A stretch of DNA of 42,800 nucleotides, from the NCBI GenBank assembly GCA_043816185.1, contig JBDRIG010000112.1:1-42800 (forward strand). The letters are read 5' to 3'. Position numbers and translations under genes: made by a program. Within the stretch, counting starts at the first letter, position 1. Every line of letters begins with the position of its first letter. The notes beneath the pieces are model-generated. The model was not told where the DNA came from and searched no databases. It worked only from the letters and a program-made list of their open reading frames with translations. Positions 1 through 9,006 of the stretch are shown here, in pieces. Source of the DNA: Elusimicrobiota bacterium (lineage in GTDB: Bacteria; Elusimicrobiota; UBA8919).

Positions 1-1815
1 CTCGGTAAAAAGTTGCTCTAACGATTCTTTTTTGAAATAACCACGATTTACTGCTTTTTCCGATAAAACAATTTCTCTAAAATAGTTTTTCCAGTCGTTT
101 TTGAACCATTTTCCGACGGGAATGCCGAAACCCATTTTGCCTCTATGTAAAATTTCCTTTGGCAAAAAATTCTTGAATGTTTTTTTGAGAATATATTTTG
201 TCGTCAATCCATGTAATTTCCATGCCGACGGAAGTGATGCGGAAAATTCCAAAACTTTATGGTCAAGAAACGGACTCCGTGCTTCAAGTGAGTTTGCCAT
301 TGAGGCAATATCCATTTTAACCAAAAGACACTCTGGAAGATATGCTTTCAAATCCGTGTAAAAAACTCTGTCCATTATATTTCCCGCAGATGCGTTTTCA
401 AATATTTCTTTCATATAATTATACGTGTTCTGATGCAAATTTTTTTTCATATTGTCACTATAAAGTTTCTGTTTTGCTTCATTTGTAAAAAAGCAATGCC
501 ATTGTATATTTCTTAATTCCGGCGGTTCGGAAAGTGCAGAAACGAGCCGTCGTAGGTATCTGAAGTATTTTTTATCCCTAAAAGGTATAAGTGAAGATAA
601 TTTTTCTGTATTCTTTTTTCCAAGTATCTGAAATGGCCAGGAAAAATAAAGAGAACCCTTCATCGCTTTGTATCGTAAATATCCACCAAATGTTTCATCA
701 CCACCATCGCCATTCAATGCTACTGTCACATGTTTTTTTGTCTCATTTGCAACAAAATACGACGGTAATGCGGAAGAATCAGCAAAAGGCTGCCCGTAAT
801 GCCAAACAAGTTTTGGAAGAATTTCAATAAAATTAGATTTAACAATAAACTCGTGATGGTCTGTATTAAAATGTTTTGCGACAATTTTTGCGTATTTCAA
901 TTCAGAAAAACTCGCTTCTTCAAAACCAATAGAAAATGTTTTTATCGGTTGTGGTGAAAGTTGGCTCATGAGTCCAACGACTATACTAGAATCAACTCCT
1001 CCAGATAAAAATGCACCTAATGACACATCTGAAATCATTCGCAATTTCGTCGCTTCCTTCAATAGTTTTTCTGTTTCCGTGCAAGCACAATCAAAAGACA
1101 AATCCGTTTTTTTTGTGAAGTCCAAATCCCAGTATTTTTCTATTTTTATATTTCCATTTTTGTCGCAAGCAAGAGTATGGGCAGGTAAAAGTGATTTTAT
1201 ATTCTCAAAAATTGTTTTTGGCGACGGAATATACTGATATGTTAAAAAAAGGTCAATTGATTCTAAATCAATTTCAGGTGTTTTTTGGAGATATTCGAGA
1301 ATTGATTTTATTTCTGACGCAAAAACAAATGTTCCATTTTTACAATAATAATAAAGTGGCTTTTTGCCAATTCGGTCTTTTGCTATAAAAAGTTTTTTGT
1401 TTTTCTCGTCCCATACGGCAAATGCAAACATTCCTCGCAGATATTGAACGCAGTTTTCGCCATATTCCTCGTATAGATGTACTATAACTTCTGTGTCCGT
1501 CTTTGTATAAAATTTGTGTCTTTTTTCCAAATCTTTTCGCAATTCCAAAAAATTATAAATCTCACCATTAAGCACTACCCATATTGTGCTATCCTCATTG
1601 TAAATCGGCTGGTTACCTGTTTCTAAGTCAATAATTGCAAGTCGCCTTATACCAAAACCCATTTTGGATTTCAGGTTTTGAGTTTCAGATTTAGAAATAT
1701 AATATCCTTCGGAGTCCGGCCCCCTGTGTTTTATTACATCACACATTTTCTGAAGAATATTTTTTTCTACTTGTCTATCATTGGCAAAATTATAAATCCC
1801 AACTATTCCACACAT
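1..1815 (-). CDS. asnB: Asparagine synthase (glutamine-hydrolysing), AsnB/WbpS-type amidotransferase. The C-terminus runs off the left edge of the window.
   Basis: Absent from the ORF track because no stop codon lies in the window. Hand translation of the minus frame from the ATG at 1815 gives MCGIVGIYNFANDRQ..., with the Ntn catalytic Cys2, then RGPDSEGYY and LNGEIYNF. The PP-loop FLSGGVDSS sits near 985-1010. I checked every in-phase triplet from 1 to 1815 and found no tta, cta or tca, so there is no minus-strand stop. Confidence 0.9.
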   Translation of the reverse strand, partial: MCGIVGIYNFANDRQVEKNILQKMCDVIKHRGPDSEGYYISKSETQNLKSKMGFGIRRLAIIDLETGNQPIYNEDSTIWVVLNGEIYNFLELRKDLEKRHKFYTKTDTEVIVHLYEEYGENCVQYLRGMFAFAVWDEKNKKLFIAKDRIGKKPLYYYCKNGTFVFASEIKSILEYLQKTPEIDLESIDLFLTYQYIPSPKTIFENIKSLLPAHTLACDKNGNIKIEKYWDLDFTKKTDLSFDCACTETEKLLKEATKLRMISDVSLGAFLSGGVDSSIVVGLMSQLSPQPIKTFSIGFEEASFSELKYAKIVAKHFNTDHHEFIVKSNFIEILPKLVWHYGQPFADSSALPSYFVANETKKHVTVALNGDGGDETFGGYLRYKAMKGSLYFSWPFQILGKKNTEKLSSLIPFRDKKYFRYLRRLVSALSEPPELRNIQWHCFFTNEAKQKLYSDNMKKNLHQNTYNYMKEIFENASAGNIMDRVFYTDLKAYLPECLLVKMDIASMANSLEARSPFLDHKVLEFSASLPSAWKLHGLTTKYILKKTFKNFLPKEILHRGKMGFGIPVGKWFKNDWKNYFREIVLSEKAVNRGYFKKESLEQLFTE

Positions 1816-1827
1816 AGTTTAGTTTTT

Positions 1828-2802
1828 TTATTTAAACATAATCAATCGCCACATATTTAATGCTGTGATTGCTGCCTTAAAAAAATTCCCGCCGACACCC
1901 TTACTTATACCGACCCTTCTTTTTAGTGTTACCGGTATTTCAATAATCATAAGGTTGTTTTTGAGTGCTACAAGAAGCATTTCACAAGAGAAATGGTTTC
2001 CTTCAACCTTTAATTGGTCTATTATTTTTTCTAACGCTTCCTTTCTAATCAATCTAAAGGTACATCCTAAATCCGTTAGACGAACATTCCAAAATCGTGT
2101 TTGAAGTAACTTTGCCATGAAAACATTTCCCCATTGAATAAAAAAATTTAGTTGAGAATCCGGAGTATTTAGTTCTTTTGTCGTTCTTGTGCCAATCACC
2201 ATATCGGCATTTTCAATGTATGCGATGAGTTTTTTTAAATCACTACCAGAAAAAGTACAATCGCCTTCAACTAAACATACAATATTTCCAAATTTCATCG
2301 CCTCTTTCAATGCACGAATGCAACAGGCACCATAACCCTGAATACTTTCCCCAACTACTTCTGCACCTGCTTTTAATCCCTCTTCCGTGGTTCTATCAAC
2401 TGAATTATTATCAACTACAATTACTTTTGCTACATTTTTTTGAGATAAAAAATCCTTAACCGCGAAACCTATAGAAAGGTCGTCGTTATATGCAGTTAAC
2501 CCAACGGAAATTTGTGGATTAGATACTGGTGCGAACATCAATGACTTCTTTTTTTCGGAAAAAATAGCAGATACTAAAAAATCAAGTATACTAATCACTG
2601 TGCCAAAAATAAAAAAACTATTAGTTATATTCAGTATCCACACCGATTGAAAAACATATATTGAAAAAACACCAAGAATAGAACCAATAACATACATCAG
2701 AAAAAAAATAAAACAAACAACAAAAAAATGAACTCCGTAGAGTAAAAATTTATGATCCTTCATAATTTTACCATTTGACTTGAATAAAAGATTTAATATC
2801 AT
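1828..2802 (-). CDS. Membrane-anchored glycosyltransferase family 2 (GT-A fold)
   Basis: 324-aa ORF with N-terminal TM helices followed by a GT2 core: VGLTAYNDD, VVDNNSVDRT, GYGACCIRAL, LVEGDCTF. The ATG at 2763 (MKDHKF), 4 nt past the upstream stop, is an alternative start. Confidence 0.85.
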   Translation of the reverse strand: MILNLLFKSNGKIMKDHKFLLYGVHFFVVCFIFFLMYVIGSILGVFSIYVFQSVWILNITNSFFIFGTVISILDFLVSAIFSEKKKSLMFAPVSNPQISVGLTAYNDDLSIGFAVKDFLSQKNVAKVIVVDNNSVDRTTEEGLKAGAEVVGESIQGYGACCIRALKEAMKFGNIVCLVEGDCTFSGSDLKKLIAYIENADMVIGTRTTKELNTPDSQLNFFIQWGNVFMAKLLQTRFWNVRLTDLGCTFRLIRKEALEKIIDQLKVEGNHFSCEMLLVALKNNLMIIEIPVTLKRRVGISKGVGGNFFKAAITALNMWRLIMFK

Positions 2803-4177
2803 TTATTAATTGTCCGCTAATCAAACTGCGAAAAAAACGTTTTAATATAAAACGTGGCCTGAAATAAAACTCGCGATAAAATTTTTTATAGTAGATATCG
2901 ACGATATCCCAGTCAAGAGTTGGATGATCATATAAACCCCTTGCCGGGAAATAAAAATTATATTTCGACCATTCCTTTTCCTTAATTTTACCCATCATGC
3001 TTAATTGTTCAAAATAGGGTGTTGATGGCAAGGGAATAGTTATGGAAACCTTTGCTATGTCTAACTCTAGTTCTTTAGCAAAATTTATTGTTTCTTGCAT
3101 TGTTTTTTCAGTTTCACCAGGGAGTGCCAGCATAAAAGATCCATACACCTCTAAACCAGCTTTTTTTGACATCTTTACTGCCTTCCGAATATCTTCACAG
3201 GTTTCTCCTTTACAAATAACTTTAAGAATATCATCATTTCCTGTTTCTATGCCATACAAAACCCTATAGCACCCAGCTCGCTTCATCAGAATCAAGAGTT
3301 CCTGGTCAACACGGTCAGCTCGAATTCCGGTAATGGTCGCCCACGAAAATCTAAGATTTCTCCAAATTATTTCTTCACATATACCTTTGGCTCTCTCAAT
3401 ATTCACGGTAAAACAGTCATCAGAAATGTGAATTTCCTTAAATCCACAATCAAGCATATATTGCATCTCATCTACTACCCTTTTTATTGATTTTGTTCTA
3501 AAATTTTTACCAAAAACATTTTTGTTGCAATAAACACACCCATATGGACAACCGCGACTGGTCTCAATCCACCCCGTTGGATTTGCTTTTGTAAGAAGTT
3601 TAGTCGTTTTATAGTTCTGAAGATTAAATAATCGCCATGCCGGATATGGCAAGTCATCTAAGTTTTTTATAAATTCTCTTCGTTGTGAAACATAGCAATT
3701 ACCATTCTGTTTGAAAGCAATCCCGACAATATCTTCCAACGGTTTCCCTTCCACAATATCAATAATAGAATAATCTCCTTCACCCAGACAAATTATATCT
3801 ATTTCTGACGATTCTAAAACATCGTGAGGCATACTTGTCGGATGCACGCCCCCGGCAATAACAACAATATTTTTATTTGCTTCTTTCACAATCTTTACTA
3901 AACGAAATGATTCTTCAGTCAAAGGTGTAGTAAAACTTATTCCGACATATTGTGGATTAAAAGAATGTAAATCCGCTAAGAATGTTTTTTCATCTATTTT
4001 ATTTAAATCGTCAATTTTAACTGAATGTCCTTTGGAAACTAATGAGCCCGCAATCGTTGCTAAACCCAGCGGCGGCGAATAAATGGCTCCTGGCTTAATC
4101 GTTGACCCTTCATAAATGAAACTGTAAGATGGGTATACCAATAAAATTCTTTTCTCTTGATTATTATCCGAAGACAT
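2768..4177 (-). CDS. B12-binding-domain radical SAM protein (class B), paralog 1
   Basis: The N-terminal Rossmann-like region carries IAGGVHPT and the radical SAM cluster motif is SRGCPYGCVYC. The maximal ORF starts at 4240. The ATG at 4177 is preceded by AGGAGA 7 nt upstream. The ATG at 4195 overlaps the upstream TGA as ATGA. Confidence 0.9.
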   Translation of the reverse strand: MSSDNNQEKRILLVYPSYSFIYEGSTIKPGAIYSPPLGLATIAGSLVSKGHSVKIDDLNKIDEKTFLADLHSFNPQYVGISFTTPLTEESFRLVKIVKEANKNIVVIAGGVHPTSMPHDVLESSEIDIICLGEGDYSIIDIVEGKPLEDIVGIAFKQNGNCYVSQRREFIKNLDDLPYPAWRLFNLQNYKTTKLLTKANPTGWIETSRGCPYGCVYCNKNVFGKNFRTKSIKRVVDEMQYMLDCGFKEIHISDDCFTVNIERAKGICEEIIWRNLRFSWATITGIRADRVDQELLILMKRAGCYRVLYGIETGNDDILKVICKGETCEDIRKAVKMSKKAGLEVYGSFMLALPGETEKTMQETINFAKELELDIAKVSITIPLPSTPYFEQLSMMGKIKEKEWSKYNFYFPARGLYDHPTLDWDIVDIYYKKFYREFYFRPRFILKRFFRSLISGQLINDIKSFIQVKW

Positions 4178-4191
4178 TAACAATTCTCCTA

Positions 4192-4818
4192 TCATTCTTT
4201 CTGAGCAATTATAAGCATTTGCTTTGCCATTGGTTTCCATGGCAAAAAAAGATATATTTTAGTGAGAAAATACGATTTTGGAATAGATGATTTGAAACTG
4301 AAAGGGATAAAGTGTTTTTTTACTAATTTAATAACATATTTTCTACTAATTAGAAGATCACTTAAACTTATGTGGCTGAAAGCTTTTTTATGAGTGTAGT
4401 CATCCCAATATTCACGATAGCAATAATAGTAATTCGGTTGCAACAAAATAAGCTTTCCACCTTTTTTCAATACTCGGTCCAACTGTATAAATAGTAGGTC
4501 TATTTCTTCATCGTTTAAGTGTTCTAATAAATTGCTGGCAAAAACTACATCAACTGTATTATTGGGTATATCAATGTTTGTGACTTCTGAATTGAGAAAT
4601 AGCACTTCATTAGAACAGAAATTCTTCACCTTCGGATTGCTGTCCAATGCATATTTTTTGTTAGCAACAATTTGATTTATAAAATCACAATAACCAGCAC
4701 CTAATTCTACAATGGTTGAAGTATTTGGAATTTCGCGCTGCAGATATTCACAAATAGCTTTCCAGATAGATTTTCTGGATTTGTCATATTGATAACGGCT
4801 CTCAAAGTATTTGTTCAT
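4192..4818 (-). CDS. Class I SAM-dependent methyltransferase
   Basis: 208-aa ORF with motif I VELGAGYCDF, an acidic loop (ALDSN) and motif post-III LKKGGKLILLQP. Confidence 0.85.
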   Translation of the reverse strand: MNKYFESRYQYDKSRKSIWKAICEYLQREIPNTSTIVELGAGYCDFINQIVANKKYALDSNPKVKNFCSNEVLFLNSEVTNIDIPNNTVDVVFASNLLEHLNDEEIDLLFIQLDRVLKKGGKLILLQPNYYYCYREYWDDYTHKKAFSHISLSDLLISRKYVIKLVKKHFIPFSFKSSIPKSYFLTKIYLFLPWKPMAKQMLIIAQKE

Positions 4819-4832
4819 TATTACAATTTTTA

Positions 4833-6590
4833 TTAATTATTTACGTTTATTTTTTTATAAATAACTACATCAATATCTACAAAAGGAATTAAGTAATTTT
4901 TATAAACTTTATCCAAAAACCACGGGACTCTCGTGAACCTTTTTTCAACTTCAAAAACATTTTGAAATTGTGAGGTAGTAGTTTCCTCTTCCTGTCCGAT
5001 GGTAATATAAAAGTCGGGCATTTTCTCCAAAGGAGGACCATCAACCGTATTATATCTCAACTGATAGAACGGCGGATATCCTCCACAATCTGAGAATAGT
5101 TGATTTTTACCACCTATTGTTGAACCCGGTCTGATATTTTCATTAATCCATTTTCCTGCTTTTAACTTATTATCACCGTAAATGAAAATTATACTATAAT
5201 ATAGAGAGTTGAAAAATGTCCAAACAACAACAAAAACAATTGGAATTGTTTTTAACCAGTACCGTCTACCCGATAAGAACAATTCTCTTAATAAACGAGC
5301 AGCAAGAAGAACCAACAATGGTATAATCGGCGTAGATAGGTGTAAATTACATAGCCAAAAGTCTGGATTTGCGCTGATTGCGTAGAAACCGAGAGGAATA
5401 ATACAAGAAAGACACATTATGTCGACTTTGCTACGTTTATAAAAAGCAAATGCTATTCCTAAAACAACAAACATCCATAATGGCCATCCCAATCCATTCG
5501 GTAAAATATCAAATAAATAAACTTTCAAATTATGAAAAGATGGTGAAAATATTGAAAGCCCAGAAGAAATAAATTTGATATCCAATATTGGCTGTTTTGG
5601 ACACAATATCCAGTAAGGATTTGCAATGAAAAAACCGACGAGAATAGCGATAACAAACAGAAATATATTTTTGTTGAAACAAAATTTTATCTTTTCTTTT
5701 ATGTGAACGTCTTTATACGAGAAAACCTTTAATATATGTGCTGTTAAACCATATAGAATTATAATACCGGCGTAATAAAATCCTCCGGTAGCAAAACCAG
5801 CAAATAGACCTGTTAAAAAATACCATTTTTTTTCATTCGTAGTGAGCAATTTATTCGCAAACAATATACTCGTCACTACAAACGGAAGAACAAATACATG
5901 GGGTTTAAGAAAATGGCTGTACACAATAATAATTGGAATAAAGGCATAAATTATTGCACCAAGCAATGCTGTTTCATCGTCATAACAAATTTTACACGCC
6001 AGAAAAAAAATAGGAATTGAGAAAATAAAAAATATGATTGTGCACGCTTTAGGAATTATAAATAACTTTGCTACTTCATTCGGATGATGAAAGTAATATT
6101 TTATATCACTACTTATTTTGTTCAAACCCAACATTGAGCCGATTTTCAATGTTGTGCCGATAAAATAGAGATAATGGCCGCCATAAATGAAAAATCGCGG
6201 GTTAAAATCTAAATTTCTCCAGTTTATTTGGGAAACTGCTTTTAATACTACTTGTTCATCACTGAACTGTGAATGCAATAAATATGTACGCAATGCATCC
6301 AATTTTTTGGTCGAAACGGTAACTTCTTTACCATCAAGATTTAAAACAACCTCATTGCCTTTAGGAATAACATTATGCAAAATATGAATAGGCCCTTGGG
6401 TTAGATAATGTTTATATATTTCATCTCGTCGTGCTTCTAAGAACGGGCTGAGGATTTCAAGTTCTTTCTGGTCTGAAAAGACCAACTCAGTTTGTTGCTT
6501 TTTCGGCAATCCAAACTTGATACCTAAAAGACATAGTAAAAATGATAAGAGCATAGCAACTACAATTATCAGATTTTGTCGAGTAGACAT
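4833..6590 (-). CDS. Polytopic membrane protein, probable GT-C-fold glycosyltransferase (ArnT/PMT_2-like)
   Basis: 585-aa ORF with more than 10 predicted hydrophobic helices and a soluble C-terminal domain. A strong SD precedes the start (gtAGGAGGtttgtaATG at 6590). The family assignment is weaker than for the ORF at 6851-8116. Confidence 0.65.
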   Translation of the reverse strand: MSTRQNLIIVVAMLLSFLLCLLGIKFGLPKKQQTELVFSDQKELEILSPFLEARRDEIYKHYLTQGPIHILHNVIPKGNEVVLNLDGKEVTVSTKKLDALRTYLLHSQFSDEQVVLKAVSQINWRNLDFNPRFFIYGGHYLYFIGTTLKIGSMLGLNKISSDIKYYFHHPNEVAKLFIIPKACTIIFFIFSIPIFFLACKICYDDETALLGAIIYAFIPIIIVYSHFLKPHVFVLPFVVTSILFANKLLTTNEKKWYFLTGLFAGFATGGFYYAGIIILYGLTAHILKVFSYKDVHIKEKIKFCFNKNIFLFVIAILVGFFIANPYWILCPKQPILDIKFISSGLSIFSPSFHNLKVYLFDILPNGLGWPLWMFVVLGIAFAFYKRSKVDIMCLSCIIPLGFYAISANPDFWLCNLHLSTPIIPLLVLLAARLLRELFLSGRRYWLKTIPIVFVVVWTFFNSLYYSIIFIYGDNKLKAGKWINENIRPGSTIGGKNQLFSDCGGYPPFYQLRYNTVDGPPLEKMPDFYITIGQEEETTTSQFQNVFEVEKRFTRVPWFLDKVYKNYLIPFVDIDVVIYKKINVNN

Positions 6591-6850
6591 TACAAACCTC
6601 CTACAACTATTTACATCTTAATCTATTACTGAACTTTTAACACATTACCCAATTGTCAGACAGGCAAAAATAGAAAAAATTACAAAAATTTTGAAGCCGA
6701 GCCATATATTGTTAATAACTCTTTACTTCTAATTTAGGGTTATATTCTTAAATAAGTTGACGGGTTAGTATTGTATCACAAATTTCTTATATTTTTTACA
6801 ATTAAGCGAATTGGTTCAGAATATAAAAATATAAAAATAGAATTTCTTTT

Positions 6851-8116
6851 TCAATTTTTCAAATTTTTCAATTTTTCAAAAATTTTATAAATACATACCG
6901 ATGTAAAAATAAATAAATATGGCATGGTGGGCAATTGATATCTGGGGCCAGTCTCAAAAGTAATATGTCCGGTAAAATAGATTAAAATTAAAATTAAAAT
7001 TACAGAGTTCTGCCAGTTTTTTCTGGACAAAACTATTCCACCAAATGCAAGAATTAAAAAAATACCGTGCAATAATAAAAGTCCTGAACGAATAAAAATA
7101 TAAAAATAATTTTTTTCTGACAAATATTCAGATATAGATTTATCCACACCAAATATAGAGGAATGACTTGTCCACCAAAATCTTGGTAATCTTTTGATTA
7201 AAAGTAAAATATAATTCTTAAAATTTGCTCGTATTAGTTTTATGCCTTCTTGTTTACATTTTTTCTCCCGTTCTATATCAGGAGATCTTTTCGATATAAA
7301 TATTTCTTGTTCTGGATAATTTTCTGATAACTTAAGAATTTTTTCAAAACTTTCATTATATGTTAAGCCGCTTGCCATGTTCCCGGCTATAAACAAACCC
7401 CCGCCTATCCCAATGCTACATGGTTCAATGGTTTCAAATAAACGATAGTTACGAATAGACCATGGAAGCACAATAAGTATAAATGCAATCAAAAATATGA
7501 ACCACTGAATGAACCGCTGAAGATAATTTTTTCTTCCGATAATTATTATTGAAAGTAAAACAACAAATGGAAACAATATTGTCACTGGTCGTGTTAAAGT
7601 AGCAAATCCGAGAAAAATACCACAACCAATAAAATACACAATTTTTGTTTTTTGAAACCACTTGATAAACAAAAAAATAGAAACAATAAATAAGAATGTA
7701 AAGAGTGTTTCTGACAATAATAACCCGGTATATACAATTAAAACAGGATAAAATGCTATTAGCCATGCAGAAAGATTCGCAATTCTTTCGTCAAAAATTT
7801 CTTTTGCAAGATAATATAAGATAACACAGGTTAAAGCGTCTAAAATTGCTTGAAAAACCCTAACCATTATGTAACTATGTCCGAAAATAAAATAAATAAG
7901 ACTCAAGAAAAAAGGATAGACGGGTGGCCTTATCGGCGTTGGTATATGAGGTTTTATTGAAAAACCATTACCAGTTATCAAATTATATGCAATGGCATCG
8001 TATCCAATCTGATCGTTGGTAAGAATTTTTTCCTGTGGGAAAATAAAGATATATCCGATTCTCAAAATAAAAGATACGAATAAAATCAGCAAAAGCGTCT
8101 TTGTATTATTTTTCAT
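6851..8116 (-). CDS. GT-C glycosyltransferase, family 39/83 (ArnT/PMT_2-like)
   Basis: Multi-TM ORF with the typical first-loop region ILTNDQIGYDAIAYNLITGNGFS and PPVYPFFLSLIYFIFG. The ATG at 8116 (MKNNTK) overlaps the upstream TGA as ATGA. The maximal ORF extends to 8167. Confidence 0.8.
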   Translation of the reverse strand: MKNNTKTLLLILFVSFILRIGYIFIFPQEKILTNDQIGYDAIAYNLITGNGFSIKPHIPTPIRPPVYPFFLSLIYFIFGHSYIMVRVFQAILDALTCVILYYLAKEIFDERIANLSAWLIAFYPVLIVYTGLLLSETLFTFLFIVSIFLFIKWFQKTKIVYFIGCGIFLGFATLTRPVTILFPFVVLLSIIIIGRKNYLQRFIQWFIFLIAFILIVLPWSIRNYRLFETIEPCSIGIGGGLFIAGNMASGLTYNESFEKILKLSENYPEQEIFISKRSPDIEREKKCKQEGIKLIRANFKNYILLLIKRLPRFWWTSHSSIFGVDKSISEYLSEKNYFYIFIRSGLLLLHGIFLILAFGGIVLSRKNWQNSVILILILIYFTGHITFETGPRYQLPTMPYLFIFTSVCIYKIFEKLKNLKN

Positions 8117-8644
8117 ATTCCATTTTTTGTAAAAACGAATTCGTTGCAACCATAACCGCCACTGCATGTTTTTAATTTTTCAAGAACAAACCCTCTATTT
8201 CTAAAAAACTTAAAAATTTCTTCCGGTTTGGCGACTTCAAACGGCCAGCCACCAACCCAATTAACAACATCACTCCACGGTGACATCCCTCTGTTTTTTT
8301 TGTAATTCTTCCAAGTAGAAAACGGTCTGAAATAAAAAAAATCGCGAATCATTGTCGGCAACCAGATTCTAACAAAAACAGGCAATAAAATCAACGATTT
8401 AAGTTCGCGCGTGCATTCAACACTTTGCACGTCATAATCAAACGAGTGAACATTTTTTTGATTCCAATTTCATTGCGGCAAGTGAAAAAAGACCGCTTCC
8501 CGAACCAATATCAAGAAAACTTTCCCCCTCAAGATTGCCAATATCCAACATTTCACAAAGAGATTTGACCGCCTGAATTATGCAATTCTCGTTAAGATAT
8601 TTAAGGAAACTTTTCCAATTTTTTCCGAATTCAAAATGTTTCAT
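8113..8644 (-). pseudogene. Frameshifted, and apparently internally deleted, class I SAM-dependent methyltransferase
   Basis: ORFs 8438-8644 (MKHFEFGKNW...FLDIGSGSGLFSLAA...KKCSLV*) and 8113-8430 (...SFDYDVQSVECTRELK...RGMSPWSDVVNWVGGWPFE...GCNEFVF) are two halves of one methyltransferase. The mRNA reads TCA-A7-TGTTCAC (T run 8453-8459 on the plus strand). With A6 the frame reads SKNVHSFDYDVQSVEC without interruption. Confidence 0.7.
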
Positions 8645-8649
8645 TTTGA

Positions 8650-9006
8650 TTATTTTCGTATTGCCAACTTTCTCAATATCTCATACATTTTTGAAGGAAT
8701 GTATTTTCTTAAAATAAAATTTGTTACATAACTTCTGAAAGAAATATAGCAAGTTTTTATTTTGTTAAACAGCGAAATCTCTATCATAAATTTAAAAAAT
8801 CTTTTTTTATAGCGAAATCGCTGAAATTTTGTAACAAAATAACTTATATAACCCGACGGATAAATATAATCCGTTGTACGAACAAACTGCTTGTACTGTT
8901 TATATGAACTGAAGTCCTGATGAAAAGAGAATGTTGACATCTGAACAATTGCATAACATTTTTTTACATGTTCTTTTGTAAGCCATTTAATGTTTTTTTT
9001 TGTCAA
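8650..9006 (-). pseudogene. Detached C-terminal tail of the radical SAM gene immediately upstream, separated by a +1 frameshift in an A9 run
   Basis: The ORF begins at a TTG inside the A9 tract (T run 8993-9001 on the plus strand). With A8 the upstream protein would read ...FNMPIDKKNIKWLTKEH.... The tail carries TKFQRFRYKKRFFKFMIEISLF, which matches ISELRMRTQFWYFPIDMVLI in paralog 4. Confidence 0.65.

Noticed and set aside
101-1860. Six plus-strand ORFs of 60-89 aa in the track (101-361, 591-830, 968-1237, 1191-1388, 1678-1860 and others)
   Set aside because: They lie antisense to a continuously open minus-strand frame that encodes an unmistakable asparagine synthase. Several start at TTG, and their translations are low-complexity. 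They are shadow ORFs.
6851-6886. Short tandem repeats tcaattttt/caaattttt, considered as a possible CRISPR array or microsatellite
   Set aside because: The repeat sits inside the 3' end of the GT-C gene, where it encodes ...KIFEKLKNLKN*. The units are 8-9 nt with no spacers. It is not a CRISPR array.
7449-7766. Same-strand overlapping ORFs nested in larger genes: 7449-7766, 31185-31418, 33775-34062, 36764-37054, 38978-39166, 41297-41521 and 17389-17577
   Set aside because: They are alternative-frame ORFs inside well-supported longer CDSs. The exception is 17389-17577, which I interpret as part of the SDR remnant. They have no independent start signals or motifs.
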